Assembly (NCBI GenBank): GCA_051294375.1
Contig: CM119268.1
Location: 15,398,922-15,437,989, forward strand
Direction of reading: 5' to 3'
From: Paraspadella gotoi
Taxonomy: Eukaryota > Animalia > Chaetognatha
Length of the DNA: 39,068 nt
Shown: positions 8,420 to 22,366 of the stretch, one piece after another
Position numbering within the stretch: position 1 is the first letter of the stretch
How the letters are laid out: the number at the start of each line of letters is the position of its first letter
The notes under the pieces: model-generated
What the model saw: only the letters and a program-made list of their open reading frames with translations
Database searches by the model: none
Told to the model about the DNA's origin: nothing
Position numbers and translations under genes: made by a program

Positions 8420-11400
8420 AGATACTCCTACTTTTTTAAATTCTTTTAAAAGTTTCATGATCACCCCGACTTTTTTTACCTTTTTGCTACAACAACGAGG
8501 GGAGCATCATTAGTCACAGCCACGTTTTATTTAGTTTAGGCAGTTTTCTTGAAAAGAAATGAACATTATTAACCTTATAAACATCTATACCGGCAAATTT
8601 TCAATGTATTAGCGCCAACGTTGGTTGGCGTCCAAATTAATACATTAAAGTAATTAGTTTGAATTAATATGATCGACAATCCGAAAATATATGGGTTCTG
8701 TCTAATCCGTTCTTTCCCTGCACATAAAAAGTCAGAGAGACAAAGTAAGGAGAATATAAAAAGAAGGTGAAAATTCTGCACCCTCTTTTACGTTAAAGGG
8801 TTCTTAATTGTCGACGCCTTGTCTACACCCGTTTATTTCTGCAATGTCTGCTGCTTCGTCTCTCTCTGCCTCTCTCTCTCTACTCTTCTCTCATCTCCTG
8901 TCGTCCTTCCTCTCTACGTCCTACTTAATTGCGAGTGGACACAACCTCGATCGTCGTTACTGCATCTTTCTCAGTATCGACTTTTTCACAAAAATGCTAC
9001 TCTTGAATCCTTCCTCCGTCACTACAATTTGTTCTCGTCTATTTCTGTCGTACAATATCAGACGATGCACGCTGGAGCGGAGGGAGGGAAGGGCTAGCGG
9101 CAGGGTACAGAAGATTGATGAGAGATGCATGAATGAAGTGAAAGAGAGAGAGAGAGAGAGAGTAGAGTTGAGTACGCAGAAGCACTGTTAGATGAGAGTA
9201 ACAACGATGTAGCGATCATGGGCTAGGCGCCCAAAAGATGTCGAAACGAGGCCGCCACGTATTTAACCTTTCTTTTTTTGTTGGCCCCTCTAGATTTTAG
9301 CCGCCTGGCGCAAGTCTGATCTCCTGGTTCTCTCTCTCACGCCTTCGTTTTCACTTTATACCTTTCCTGCTCACTCTCTCTCCCGTCTCTCCTCTTTCTT
9401 CTCTCCTTCTCTATCAATCTCTGCTTTCTCTCCTCCTCTCTCTCTCATATCTCTCTCCTCTCTCTGCTGCTCGTCTCATCTCTCTGTACCGTTCCATGAT
9501 GTGAGCGAGTACAGTATACAGGAGCCGGCGGAGAGAGCGTATTATACTCTTTCACACACATAACACGCGCTCAGATATTGTGGAGCTGAGAGTTCGAGCG
9601 TCGAGCTGGAAGCACGATGGTCACGAGTGAGAGCGCGTCATGTCACAAGATCGCCGATGTGTAGACTGTCGTGTGACGGCGAGACGCTGGAGGACGCGCG
9701 GTGCGTAGCGAAGGAAGGGTGTGTATATGGTGGATTGCGCAGTTTGCTTATTGATGCGAGTGGATAGTGTAATACGACGTGTGCGGGGATAGTGTCTATG
9801 TCTGCCGTTCTTATACACTTGTACGATATATCGGGAGCCGCGGCTCAGAAATACGAGGAAGACCTAGGAAAGAGGGAGAGAGAGAAGACGGAAGCAGCGA
9901 GACATATTGTACGGTTAGAGGACAATAGCAAGGAAACACGTAGCAGGCAAGACGATCGCGTTGATGCAAGGTTATGAGCAGAGTCGAGAGAGCCGAAAGA
10001 AGAATTTCGGATGCTATGCGGGCCGGTAGGATCGGCGAGAGTTCGATGCGCGAGGCGGGGATATTATATTATATATATTTATTATTATATATATTATTAT
10101 ATATAGAGGAGTCTTCACTCATCTCTCCCGCGTGCGGTGTTCCCAATATCCAAGAGGTGCGAGGTTCCTGTTGCACGTTCTCGCGTCTATCGGATCCGTC
10201 GTGAATTTCTTGAGACCGTTGCGAGCGATTCACGGCATTTCAAGCGCGGGTTTTTTGGTACAGTAGCTCTTCACTTCGTGTGGCGCGTCTATTACTAGTG
10301 CGAGGAGTGAGTGCGGTGAGCGCGAGGCATCCAAAGTGTGACATATATGATGCAGATTTTCAAGGAGAAAGAGAGAGAGAGAGAGGAGGAGAGAGGTATG
10401 ATCGGACGAGAGAGAGCAGGACCCGCACGCCACGCCAGAGAGAGGCAGAGAGAGGAGGAGAGGGAAGATTGATTCAGAGGAGGAGGGGAATATAAGGGCG
10501 GGAAAAGTAGAAGGATGATCACGGTGAATTCAGTACTTACGATGGCGGGATACGGAGAGGTAAGTAGAGATGAGCATATGTAGAAGAAGATAGGTAACAG
10601 ATTAATATTGTGTAAGAGAATAACGCAGTGGGAATGGAAAGAGCAACACAGAAAGTCAAACTAGATCGGACACGACGAAGGATTTGGAATATTGCAGACT
10701 TTCGACAATGTATGTCTGTAAACTGATTCGTCAAAGGCGGCAATTCCATGCTATAATGAAACAGAATCCGTCATATGTATTTGAGTTGCAGTAGCTATTT
10801 GCGGGCGCTTCTCCTAATTGTATGAGAGTAAATGGAACGGCCTTTTTGGTTTAATTATTTCTGCACACTGCAAATTCTCGAGGTTTTAGCGACGCTTCCC
10901 GCGTGGCCATGTGACTAAGAGCCGACGAACGCGAGAAGGTGATGATAGATGACACCGAATGTATCCACTATGAACGCAATGATAGAATGATGATGGGATA
11001 GAAGAGAGAGATTGATGAGAGAAGAATATTAATGTGGGCAGGGTAGGTTAATTATGAATAGCGTTCTTTTGAGGTACTCCGGTTTGCTGTAGTATCTGTG
11101 AATATTATAGATTCGAATTATTATTTCAGAAGGGTCGCACTCTCTGGCGCTGAACGGGGAATGGATTGGTGCTTTCGAAAAGTCATCCCTATTATTGCAC
11201 TCCGTCAACGAAATTCTCTCTGCCTATATATATAATCAACTTATTATTAATTCTTTTTAAGTCGCCAGAGCCTCATTTTCATCATTAATCTTAGCGGTCT
11301 AGTCATATTCATTCACATCATCGTGTCTTACAGTTTCTCTAGTCGTTTGTCGTTTCTGTCCCCAGCAGTGCACAAAAATGTCGTGATATATATAATATAT

Positions 11401-12111
11401 ATTAGGAAAGTTTATTCTGAAAGTGGAGACTGGTGTAATGGTTGCTGACTGATCGGGACTCATAATAGTACACATAGTCAGCTATGGACAGCCCGCCTCA
11501 TTATCTACTGAAAGTTGTTCTACTAACTTCTTGAGATGCTCTGCGTTACACGTCGTAGACTGTCCGCTCAATCTATCTCTCTGCTCTCTCTCTCAAACTC
11601 CGTGCCCTCTCGCCATGTTCCCTCCTAGTCCTTCCTGAGCAGACCGCACGTACCTGGCCACGCTCGGTTCCTCGCTCGTATTAATCGTGTCCGATATACA
11701 CATGAAATCCCTTGGGATTAAGCGCGCGACATGCGAAAATATCCACCCTCGCGGTCATGACGGAATTAGTGTCGCGGGGTGAGGCTCATGCCGAGGGGTA
11801 AGTGGGAGGTTAGGTAAGGGGAGAATGCCTAACACAGGACAGAGTTGTTCTCGCGTACTCGGCAGGGGGCTGAGCGACGGGGCGCCTGGACATCGGCATC
11901 AGCGTCGGCGGGATTGTCGATATTGTTCCGTCGCCCACTAGCGAGGACCCAGAAAAATAAAAAAAGATCGCCCCTTTTTTTTTGCCCGGGAATTGTTTTT
12001 GAGAGAGAGCGCTTAGGGCGCTTTCCGGTGGATGTGGGAGACATGAAATTATTATACTCTGTATTACGGGTCTCTATATGAGCTCTGGTATATTATAATG
12101 GGGAGTGTGGG
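8420..12111 (+). other. Low-quality gap-fill sequence: insertion-inflated copy of ~6480-8350, ending at a 25-N gap
   Basis: 8420-9040 aligns to 6480-7000 with many single-base insertions. Weaker colinear echoes follow: 10830-10960 to 8058-8150 and 11200-11360 to 8262-8350. Confidence 0.75.
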
Positions 12112-12256
12112 NNNNNNNNNNNNNNNNNNNNNNNNNTGGTTTAAAAAAATGAATGTTAGTATTAACTAAGGTTCATGTCTTAAAGTTTCTGGATATTGTT
12201 CTGATGCCAGTTTTGGATGATTACTAAAGCGAACTGCAAGATCCTGTATTTTTAAT

Positions 12257-12319
<63 letters not shown>

Positions 12320-14838
12320 CTTAATTTCCTCCTCGGTCTTTCACATCCAGCGACGCTCCAGGTTCAAGGCTGAGCTTTTCCCAGGCCGAGAATTCGGATC
12401 CGAAATGATGGCGGCGGGAGGGGGGGGGGTGGTTAAGGGGGGTGGAGACTGAGGAAAGAGGGGGATTGTGATTAAGGTTTAAAAAGGGTTGATGATTGGG
12501 GTAAAGTGAGTTCACGGAGTTGTGAAATTGGTTGTTGAGTGCATCGGTTTGTGGGCATGCGATGGTAATTTTTTGGGAAATAGACGTCGAGGGGACAAAC
12601 GAGAAATATTTTATAGTTTGGCAATGAAGTAAAAAACTAAAAATAAGTGAATATGATGGGGATTATTCGTCGTTAGAGGTCGCCGTACTGCTAAGTGCTA
12701 ACGTTGAAAGATAGTGCGACAGAGAGGGACCGTTGAATGCGCGAATTATCATTTTTCGACACCGCAGATCCGTGAGTGGGTGACTGGGGGGGGGGATGAG
12801 TCGGGGTTGTGAGTTGTGAGTTGGACGGATCGGAGGATTTTTCACAAATAATCTATTTATGCTAAGACGATAAGGGTTACGAATTAGTGGGACGCGGATA
12901 TGGAATCTGGTCGTTATGGTTCGAATTAGAATAAACGATCTCTTTGATATAATATTTAAAAAAACTTGAGTAAGAAGTGAGCGAATTTTGGGATGTTTAA
13001 TCTTTTAAAACTCCCGATTTTTAACCTCTCTTTAACCCCGTTTACCCCCCTCTCCTTTTTGCCGCCAGCCAAAGCTCCCCCTCCAGGCGATAAACTCACT
13101 TTATGCTAAAAGGTCCCTTTTGTAGTCGTCGTCGTTGTCGTTGTCGTCGTCGTCGTCGTTTTCAGATCCTCACTAAGTTTTTTTTTTGGCTCGCCATTGC
13201 TCGGCTAGACTCTTGGGTCAAAGTGAAAAAGAATCACTGCCTCGCGAATAAATTGTGGCTGTGGGAAATGAGAATTCCAACGTCTTTTAATTTTATAGTA
13301 TTTATCGTGCGTTGTTAATTTGTACAAGTGATTCAAAATAAAATTCCAGCATTAAAAAAATACTTGGTAAAAATAATCTGCGATCACAAGATCATTTTTC
13401 CAGGATGGAGGGAAATGGGATCGAGCATCTTTTAGTATTGCACTCTACCAACCTTGGCTTTCTTAAAAATTCATTCTTTTTTATATAATTAAATTATAGA
13501 TAGGAAAATATTAATCTTTTTAAATTTTATCTGATTTTAATGGTGTGGGATATTAACAAAACAAAGAAAGAAAACATTTTATTTCTCAAAACGATGACTC
13601 TGAACGATCAAAATGGCGACTCAGAGTTCTACTACGAACACTACGACAACAACAACGACAACAACAACTACAACGCCCACTAAGCCCCCCCCCTTACTCC
13701 GTTCGGGCGAACGACTCGACAAAAACGACGATTTGTATTCCTTCGCAATTCGCCACTGGACGTTCGGACTTTTTGTTGCCCATGGCGGCGAGGTGGTGGA
13801 AGNNNNNNNNNNTGATGGCAGTCAAATGAGGGCCTTGGGCCGTCGAGAGGCGGTGGTGGACCGAAGTGAGCTTGGCTCGGAGATTGCAGGGTCAGACGGG
13901 CAGGTGGGGTGGAGTGGCAGAACCACGACGATTGTGGCAGGGTGTTGGGCAACCGTTTTAGAGTGCCGTTTTCGAGGGAGCACTTGAGCATGTCATCTAA
14001 ATAGCTTTGTCGTGACGACATTGGGCGGACGAGAGGTTTGGAGACTTTGATCATCCAAAGTCGATGATTGTAGACGTCAGACGTTTCGTCAACAAAGAAG
14101 ACGATTTATTGCGACCAACTGGTTTATGACAACAACCTTTACCGCCGACGATGACGACGACGATGACGACGACGATGACGGCGACGACGACGACGATGGA
14201 CGATAAGAACTCCGCGACGAAATCGATCCCCATATCTTTCTCGTCCAGATCCCTCGTAAACATTTTCTTTCTCAATATCTCCTCCAGACACATAATGACC
14301 CATTATGACGTCGCCTGCTTATTATTTTTCAAGGTTCTCGAGTCAGTATCGTTACTTTATGCATCATAAACCATCATCTCATCTTAAAAACTCGTTGACG
14401 ATAGCACCACCGGTATTCTGAAGAAATGGCGCTCTCTCTCTCTCTCTCNNNNNNNNNNNNNNNNNNNNNNNNNNNNNNNNNNNNNNNNNNNNNNNNNNNN
14501 NNNNNNNNNNNNNNNNNNNNNNNNNNNNNNNNNNNNNNNNNNNNNNNNNNNNNNNNNNNNNNNNNNNNNNNNNNNNNNNNNNNNNNNNNNNNNNNNNNNN
14601 NNNNNNNNNNNNNNNNNNNNNNNNNNNNNNNNNNNNNNNNNNNNNNNNNNNNNNNNNNNNNNNNNNNNNNNNNNNNNNNNNNNNNNNNNNNNNNNNNNNN
14701 NNNNNNNNNNNNNNNNNNNNNNNNNNNNNNNNNNNNNNNNNNNNNNNNNNNNNNNNNNNNNNNNNNNNNNNNNNNNNNNNNNNNNNNNNNNNNNNNNNNN
14801 NNNNNNNNNNNNNNNNNNNNNNNNNNNNNNNNNNNNNN

Positions 14839-14992
14839 TTCGTCCGCCCTCGCACTCTGGCTTCGCAACGCGCCCTCGGTCCGCGGTGCGGCGCCCGGCC
14901 AGCCTGGCGGCGCCCGCCCCGGTTCGCGCCCGCCCGCGCTGCCCGCGGAAGGACGGCGAGGGATCAAAGACGCCTCCGCCCTCCGCACCTGA
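14839..14992. other. Very GC-rich CpG-dense patch with GC-box-like CCCGCCC motifs
   Basis: Sequence such as gcggcgcccggccagcctggcggcgcccgccccggttcgcgcccgcccgcg next to a gap edge. Confidence 0.5.
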
Positions 14993-15874
14993 AGATCGTT
15001 TTCGAGGATAAAGGCCGACGACGATGATAACGACGGCGATAATTGAAATAACGACGACGACGAGAACAAACTAAGTCGATGCCAATGACATCAGTTGATC
15101 TCTCCGCTCGATTTGATTCCAACGTCTAGTTTACTTTGGAGCCGTTGAGAGATTTCTCGCGAAAAAGCTAAACTTACCCTCGATTGCCCAACGAGTTTTT
15201 CTGACGACGGACTTTTCTCTCTCTCTCCGCAACTGCCGATCGGCATTTTATCCAAACCTCCCCGGCCCCTCCTTCACGCCAAGTTGGCCCCTCTTGGACC
15301 CCTTGCCTCTAACCATAATCTTCCCGCTTTCAGCTGCTTACCCCTTAAAATAACAATATTTTTTAGGCTTCTTACCACCCCTTATCTCGTTTTAACCTCT
15401 CAGTCTCCCAGTCTCTCAACTTTCTCAAGATCCTGCANNNNNNNNNNNNNNNNNNNNNNNNNNNNNNNNNNNNNNNNNNNNNNNNNNNNNNNNNNNNNNN
15501 NNNNNNNNNNNNNNNNNNNNNNNNNNNNNNNNNNNNNNNNNNNNNNNNNNNNNNNNNNNNNNNNNNNNNNNNNNNNNNNNNNNNNNNNNNNNNNNNNNNN
15601 NNNNNNNNNNNNNNNNNNNNNNNNNNNNNNNNNNNNNNNNNNNNNNNNNNNNNNNNNNNNNNNNNNNNNNNNNNNNNNNNNNNNNNNNNNNNNNNNNNNN
15701 NNNNNNNNNNNNNNNNNNNNNNNNNNNNNNNNNNNNNNNNNNNNNNNNNNNNNNNNNNNNNNNNNNNNNNNNNNNNNNNNNNNNNNNNNNNNNNNNNNNN
15801 NNNNNNNNNNNNNNNNNNNNNNNNNNNNNNNNNNNNNNNNNNNNNNNNNNNNNNNNNNNNNNNNNNNNNNNNNN

Positions 15875-15906
<32 letters not shown>

Positions 15907-17095
15907 AGCAGAGATGCAGAGGAGTTTAATAACAAATTTTTATCGTCTTCGTCAATTTTTCAATCACCTACCACCATTTTACGCTTCTAAAGAGCTTATA
16001 TTATGAAAAATTGCATAAATTTAATCTAAAGTACTTAGTACTTAGTACTTCTTCGCTCACGTTAACAGTCGAACCTTGATGTACAAGCGTGGCGTTCGAA
16101 TATTCGGATCTAGGGAAAACTTACCGAAAACTTATTTTACGATAATGTGTATGTAAAAGGGTTGTACAAATTGCGTTTTGACACCCTCCCATCTGAGAAA
16201 GAGATAGGGAGCGAGAGAGTTTGGAAAAAAGCGAGAGAGAGAGAGAGAGAGAGAGANNNNNNNNNNNNNNNNNNNNNNNNNNNNNNNNNNNNNNNNNNNN
16301 NNNNNNNNNNNNNNNNNNNNNNNNNNNNNNNNNNNNNNNNNNNNNNNNNNNNNNNNNNNNNNNNNNNNNNNNNNNNNNNNNNNNNNNNNNNNNNNNNNNN
16401 NNNNNNNNNNNNNNNNNNNNNNNNNNNNNNNNNNNNNNNNNNNNNNNNNNNNNNNNNNNNNNNNNNNNNNNNNNNNNNNNNNNNNNNNNNNNNNNNNNNN
16501 NNNNNNNNNNNNNNNNNNNNNNNNNNNNNNNNNNNNNNNNNNNNNNNNNNNNNNNNNNNNNNNNNNNNNNNNNNNNNNNNNNNNNNNNNNNNNNNNNNNN
16601 NNNNNNNNNNNNNNNNNNNNNNNNNNNNNNNNNNNTGCAAGAAATCTCAGGGATGGCTTATCCGAAGAGAAGCGTTCTGAGAATTCTCTTAGTTGTGGTC
16701 ACCTTAGTATTTATTAATTCTTATTTAAAGTTGCCATTGTCGATAAGGTACGTCAATGTTACTGTTAATGTTTTCAACTTTGTCATCATCGTAACTATCA
16801 TTTTTGTCATTACATTCTTCATGAGTGGCCTTCGACATCGTCGTCGTCGTCATCGTCGTAACCTCGCTCCCCTTCAGCGAGTCTGGGGACGCATCATCAG
16901 CGGTCGTTGCCGACGAATCGCCCCGGGGGGTTGAGCTGAGAAAGCGAGGGGTGGGGGACGGGGGCTGGGGATGCGTAGGGGTTAGCTGGCGTCGTTCTTG
17001 ACGATTGTGATGGTTGTTGTTTGTTGATCTAGAATCTATTCCATCGCAGTCGTTCTAATTGGGAAAATGAAAAAAAAGTATCCGCACAATGAAAA

Positions 17096-17184
<89 letters not shown>

Positions 17185-18779
17185 TGACGCAGAAGAAACG
17201 AGGCCCTCGCGACGCCGTCGAAGGGCGACGCTGCAGACGAAGACGTCGCCGCCTTTTGTCTTTCGTTTCTTTGGTGACTGAGTTGAAACTTGCAACGGTC
17301 TCTTCCATCTGCTTCGTCCTTTGAAAGTTTTGAAAAAGTAAAGTAGAAATAGAATTTGCCTAAAAGCCTTTACTTTTTTATCCAAAATCACGGACATGAA
17401 ATATCATATCAACGCCACTTTATTGCACAGTATTGTTGTATTATTATTATTGTACACGCAATTATTTTTTGCCCGAACGTATATGTTAACCCATTTCGTG
17501 TCATGTCATTATGTCATGTTTTTATGAACTCATTGATTTTGCATATGAAAATAAACATAAAATCCTCTTGAAGAATCAAGTATAAATTTTAACCACAGAA
17601 AGAACCTAAAGTTTATTCAATGGTTTCTTCGCTTTTTCTATAAATAATTTTGACATTAAAGACGAAGCAGTTTTTTTAATGGATTTTTTGGTGGCCTTTG
17701 ATGACCAGCGAGGCGTCGCAAATTTGGTAGTCCGACTCGGACCGTTGAACTTTAGTGACTCTGGGACAATAATGCCGGACAGTTTAGTTCGGCCTTTGAT
17801 TATAATCGAAAAAATTCGTTAAAATATCTGAAAAAACAGTTCACACAACGCAATTGAAATGTGGGATTTTTTATTACATTTTTTATGTCTGTGGGTAAGG
17901 CGCTAAGTGGGCTGATTAAAAGTTTTTGTTTGGAAGCGATAAGTCACTTACAAACAAGTGAAGTAACGTTTCTGTTCCGCGAGATTCCGAAAGATATATT
18001 TTCGTCATCCAACTTTATTTCTGACTTTTCCGAAAATCAGTGCAACCGAAAACTCAACGGATTTGAAAAGAGGGAGATGAGAAAAATATTATTATGGTTT
18101 TCATAATCAACAACGATGTTGACTACGACGACGACGACGACGAAGACGCCTACCAAAACACGCTTATATTTTTTTTTCGGTGATTTTCTCCCGAGTTTTG
18201 AAATGCGTCACACACGTCGAATTTCTAGCTTACCTTCTATTTGATATCAAGTTCAATCAATAACCGTTCGCTTAGCAAAATTCTTTGATAATATCGCGGT
18301 AGTTTAAAAGATTCTAAATCAATCTGACAAAAAATGAACCATCTAATATTTATTTTAAAAAACGTTGCTTTTGTCAGTAATATAAATTTACTAGATTCAA
18401 TTAAAGATAAACATGACGTTATATTTTGCTATTATAAATAGTAAAAAAATAGTAAATAAGTACCACTATAATTTTCGCAAGTAATAAAAAAACGCGAGGC
18501 ATCGAAGTCCAACCTCGTTTTCGATCCTGAATTCTTTTTTTTCGCTTCCAAACTGAAATTCCTTCCTTCGAATCTCTCGAGAGTCTTCATTGACATCTCG
18601 TTTCTTCCTTCACGTTATCAACGACTCAGTTCATCCCAACAGTTTCCATCGAATCAACTTGATTTCAACTCCACTGTATCAGACTAAACTTGTATCCTCA
18701 ACTTCAACGTGGTCTTTTTTTCGCAATCCTCCAGTCCCAACACTTTTACTTCTTTCATCTCATTTTCCTCGTTATCCTT

Positions 18780-19000
18780 GTCTCCTTCCTCACTCTCCTT
18801 CTCCCTCCTCCCTCCTCCCTCCTTCCTCTCCTCCTCCCTATTCTCCTCCCTCTCCCTCCTCCCTCTACTTCTCCTTCTCCCTCTCCTTCCTCCTTCTCCC
18901 TCCTCCCTGTCCCTCCTCCCTCCTCCCTCTCCCTCTTATTCCTCCCTCTCCTTCTCTCGCCTCCTTCTCCCTCCTCCCTCTCCCTCCTCTTTCCCCCCTT
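18780..19000. repeat. Long polypyrimidine (CCT/CT) low-complexity tract
   Basis: About 220 nt almost entirely C/T; source of spurious S/P/L-rich ORFs. Confidence 0.9.
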
Positions 19001-19507
19001 ATTCTCATCACTCTGTTCTTCGAATTTGCCCGTTAAATATTAACTTCATTTTAAACTTCTTTCTCCGACTCGACGAGAGTCTATGTCTCTTTTCCTCTTT
19101 GTTCTCACTTAATTCACACCCTTATCTCCATCTTATGGTCCCAATTACATATTTCAGTCCTCCACTCTTAACTCGGCTCTAACCCAAAATCGCTTTGCCT
19201 CCCCCGTTCTCAACCTCCTCCTCTCCCTCTTCTTCCTCCTCCCCCTCTTCCTCCCCCTCTTCCACTCACTCCTCCTGAACACCTCTCACTTCTTGTCAAG
19301 TCGGTTTCCTTGGAGGCGACACATCATCGCATCAAGTGTTTTCTCTCTTAATCTCCTCCTCTTCCTCTTCCTCTTTATTCTCATATCCTCTTACTCCTCC
19401 TCCTCCTCCTTCGCATTAAATATAATTAGTCCTCGTCAGAGAAATCGTTTATTCTTCTACCCCTTTTGTCTAAATACTCTCCACGACAGATTTCAGTCGC
19501 TTCGCCA

Positions 19508-19594
19508 CTCCGACACTCCAAAACTCCAAAACTCCAACACTCCAACACTCCAACACTCCAACACTCCAAAACTCCAAAATTCCAACACTCCACC
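19508..19594. repeat. 8-bp tandem repeat ACTCCAA(A/C), about 10 copies
   Basis: Directly visible; only about 5 units in the duplicate at ~26200-26245. Confidence 0.9.
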
Positions 19595-21398
19595 AATCTA
19601 AAGCTCTCGTTTACTCTCCCGCTCTCTAACCCTCGCCTCTCTCTTCTAGATTTTTTTTCATTCTCGATCACATTAATGTTTTTCTCTTTTTTGATTTTCA
19701 CCAACCATTTCCTTTAAACGAAGGCTCAGCCTAAATCTCCTACAAATTGTTTCAATCCTTTTCTTCCTTAACTTCTTACGTGATTTCTTCTTCCTTCTTT
19801 TTCCCTTTTTTTTCCCGTCACCTCTTCCTCTTCCTCCTCTTCCTGTTCCTCCAACCATTTCCGGTCCCCGGAGGCACCGCGACTCTGGCGTCGTCGACGA
19901 CGACGACGAGGACGACGACGACGACGACGACGACCAAGGCGACAAGTTGGGATAGAGAGCGAGAGAGAGAGAGTTAGAGAGAAGGAAAATCATCGCCGAT
20001 TTCTTTCCGACTACGACATCATGAAACACACCATAGACACCACAGAGTCATTTCCCCATGACTAATGACGCCTTTGAAACCCCGTGGCAACGCCCCCTCG
20101 GCGAAACCCCATGACAACGCCCTGCCACCTCCACACCTCTCACCACACTCCCCACCACACCTCCAACCACAGCCCACACGTCTAATGTGCTTCGCCTAAT
20201 GACGACAAAAGTCGCCTCGTATGTTACGAGCGAAATATGACCGAGAATTATAAAGTCTTAAAAAAAGAAATTTAATGAAAATGAACCAAGTACGTACTTT
20301 CTGTATTGTTTGTGGATTAAAAATTAAATTGGCCTAGTTGAAAAACATTATTTTGACAAATATTTAGTAATATTCTCACCAAAAATATTGTTAACACGGC
20401 GGTAATTTTTTCCCACGATATTGTTGCGAGCTTGATTAAAAGTTATAAAACCTGGCAAAGTATAAGGATTATGAATATGATTGAAAAAAAACATATTTTT
20501 CTTCTTCTCCTCTCTCCTCTTCTATTCTCTCTCTTCTCTTTTTATCTCTTCTTCTTCTCTTGTTCTCTCTCTTCTGTCTCTCTTCTCCTATCTCTCCGTC
20601 TCGCCTCTCACAGGGTCGTGAAAAGAAGTGAGGAGAACACATTCGTCCCGGTGGAGGTTTAGAGATGAAGGACAAGATGGTTTTTTGGCCCCCTTTGGGT
20701 CCTCCGGGGGCCTGGGGGGGGGGAAGGGGGGCAAGGGGGGGAAAGAGTAGCAGGAAAGGGGACAGGGGGTTTGTGGCGATGACGACGACGACAAAGGTTC
20801 AGTCTGCATCACAACAAAGGTCGCGAGAAAAATGGAGTAGCCGACGAGAAGAGATCAGTTACGAGAAAACTTCTCTCTCTTCTCTCGTCCTCTTCTCTCC
20901 TCTCTCTCCTCTCTCGTTTCTCTCTTCTTCTCTTTCTTTTTCTCTTTTTCTTTCTTTCTCTCATCTCTTCTTCTTTTTTTTGCCAAAAAACACTAACGTG
21001 CAGCACCAGGGATCCACACGCGGAATTCCGAGTCTTCATCGCCGACTTCCAAGGACACGCCGTCGACGCCGACGCCGAGCCGACGACGACGACGACGACG
21101 GCGTAACGACTCATGATCGCCTCGTAATTGAGTCCCCGACGAACCCTTTGGCCGAAAACCTTTCCACTCGTCTTATCGTAGGGTAAGCACCTCCACTTCG
21201 AAACCCCCGCCCCTTCTTTACCCTCGAAAATAATCCTGTCTTAAAAAAGACTTATACTTGTTTCTAAATATAAGTTTAATTCGTTTATAAATGCATATTA
21301 CAGGTTATAATAAAATATACATTATGGAAATTATTTTGAAAAGAACCAAAAAATAGTACTCATGAAAAAAGCCAAAAAAGAGAGAGAGAGAGAGAGAG

Positions 21399-21475
<77 letters not shown>

Positions 21476-22315
21476 ACAAAGTGACCGACATATTCGCAGC
21501 ATAACACCCTGGGGAAGGTAATTAGAGAGAACCAACGAGATAACGACCTCGCATTGGAAGACAGGGAGCTCAGAGTAAATGTTATAAATCATATATATTT
21601 TTTTGTACTATGACAATTGAGAAAGCTACTTAAATTTTTATCACGCATACTGATTACTAAACTTTTTAGACGCACTTTTCAATAAAGAGAAACTATAAAA
21701 AATCGTATTCATATTCATAGAATATTCGTTTTAAAAATAATTTAAATTATTTAAATTTGTAAAAAAAATTATAGATTTATTATATACTATTACTTTACGT
21801 ATATCATTCATTTTTTTTTAGAAAATAAAATTAACTTAGATGTCTCATTGTGAATTCGATTCAAATGTACAAATTTAATTACAGAATTTTTAGCCCATTT
21901 TAATCAGCCAGTTTTAAAAAGCTAAAGGGAAACTGTACAGACCCGGTCTGTCAATGATCTAAAAAGAATAAATTTAGGAGTCGAAAAAAAAAATACGAGA
22001 CCCTAATCACGAACAGCCCCGCCTTCCAAAAGCCGTTAAAACGAAGGCCAATTTCTTTTTAAAAACCTCGGAGTTTCGGTGGTTAAAAACCCGCGAAAAA
22101 CTTGGGATACTCCACATCCAGCGCCTCCCCTCGTGGGGAACGACGACGACGATGACGGGAACGACGACGTCAGAGACGACGATCATTACGACTTTTTAGC
22201 CAAAAAAAGAAGAAGAGAAAACGTCGCAGAAAGAGTTTTCTATTTTTCACAGTGAATTTGTTTCTATAAAAAATGAACCTTTCCAAAGAAGATTTGCTTT
22301 TAGTCAGAGCTTAAC

Positions 22316-22366
<51 letters not shown>

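Noticed and set aside
13613-13987. Thr-rich 124-aa ORF as a mucin-like gene
   Set aside because: Driven by an (ACA/ACG)n repeat, crosses an N gap and has no signal peptide.
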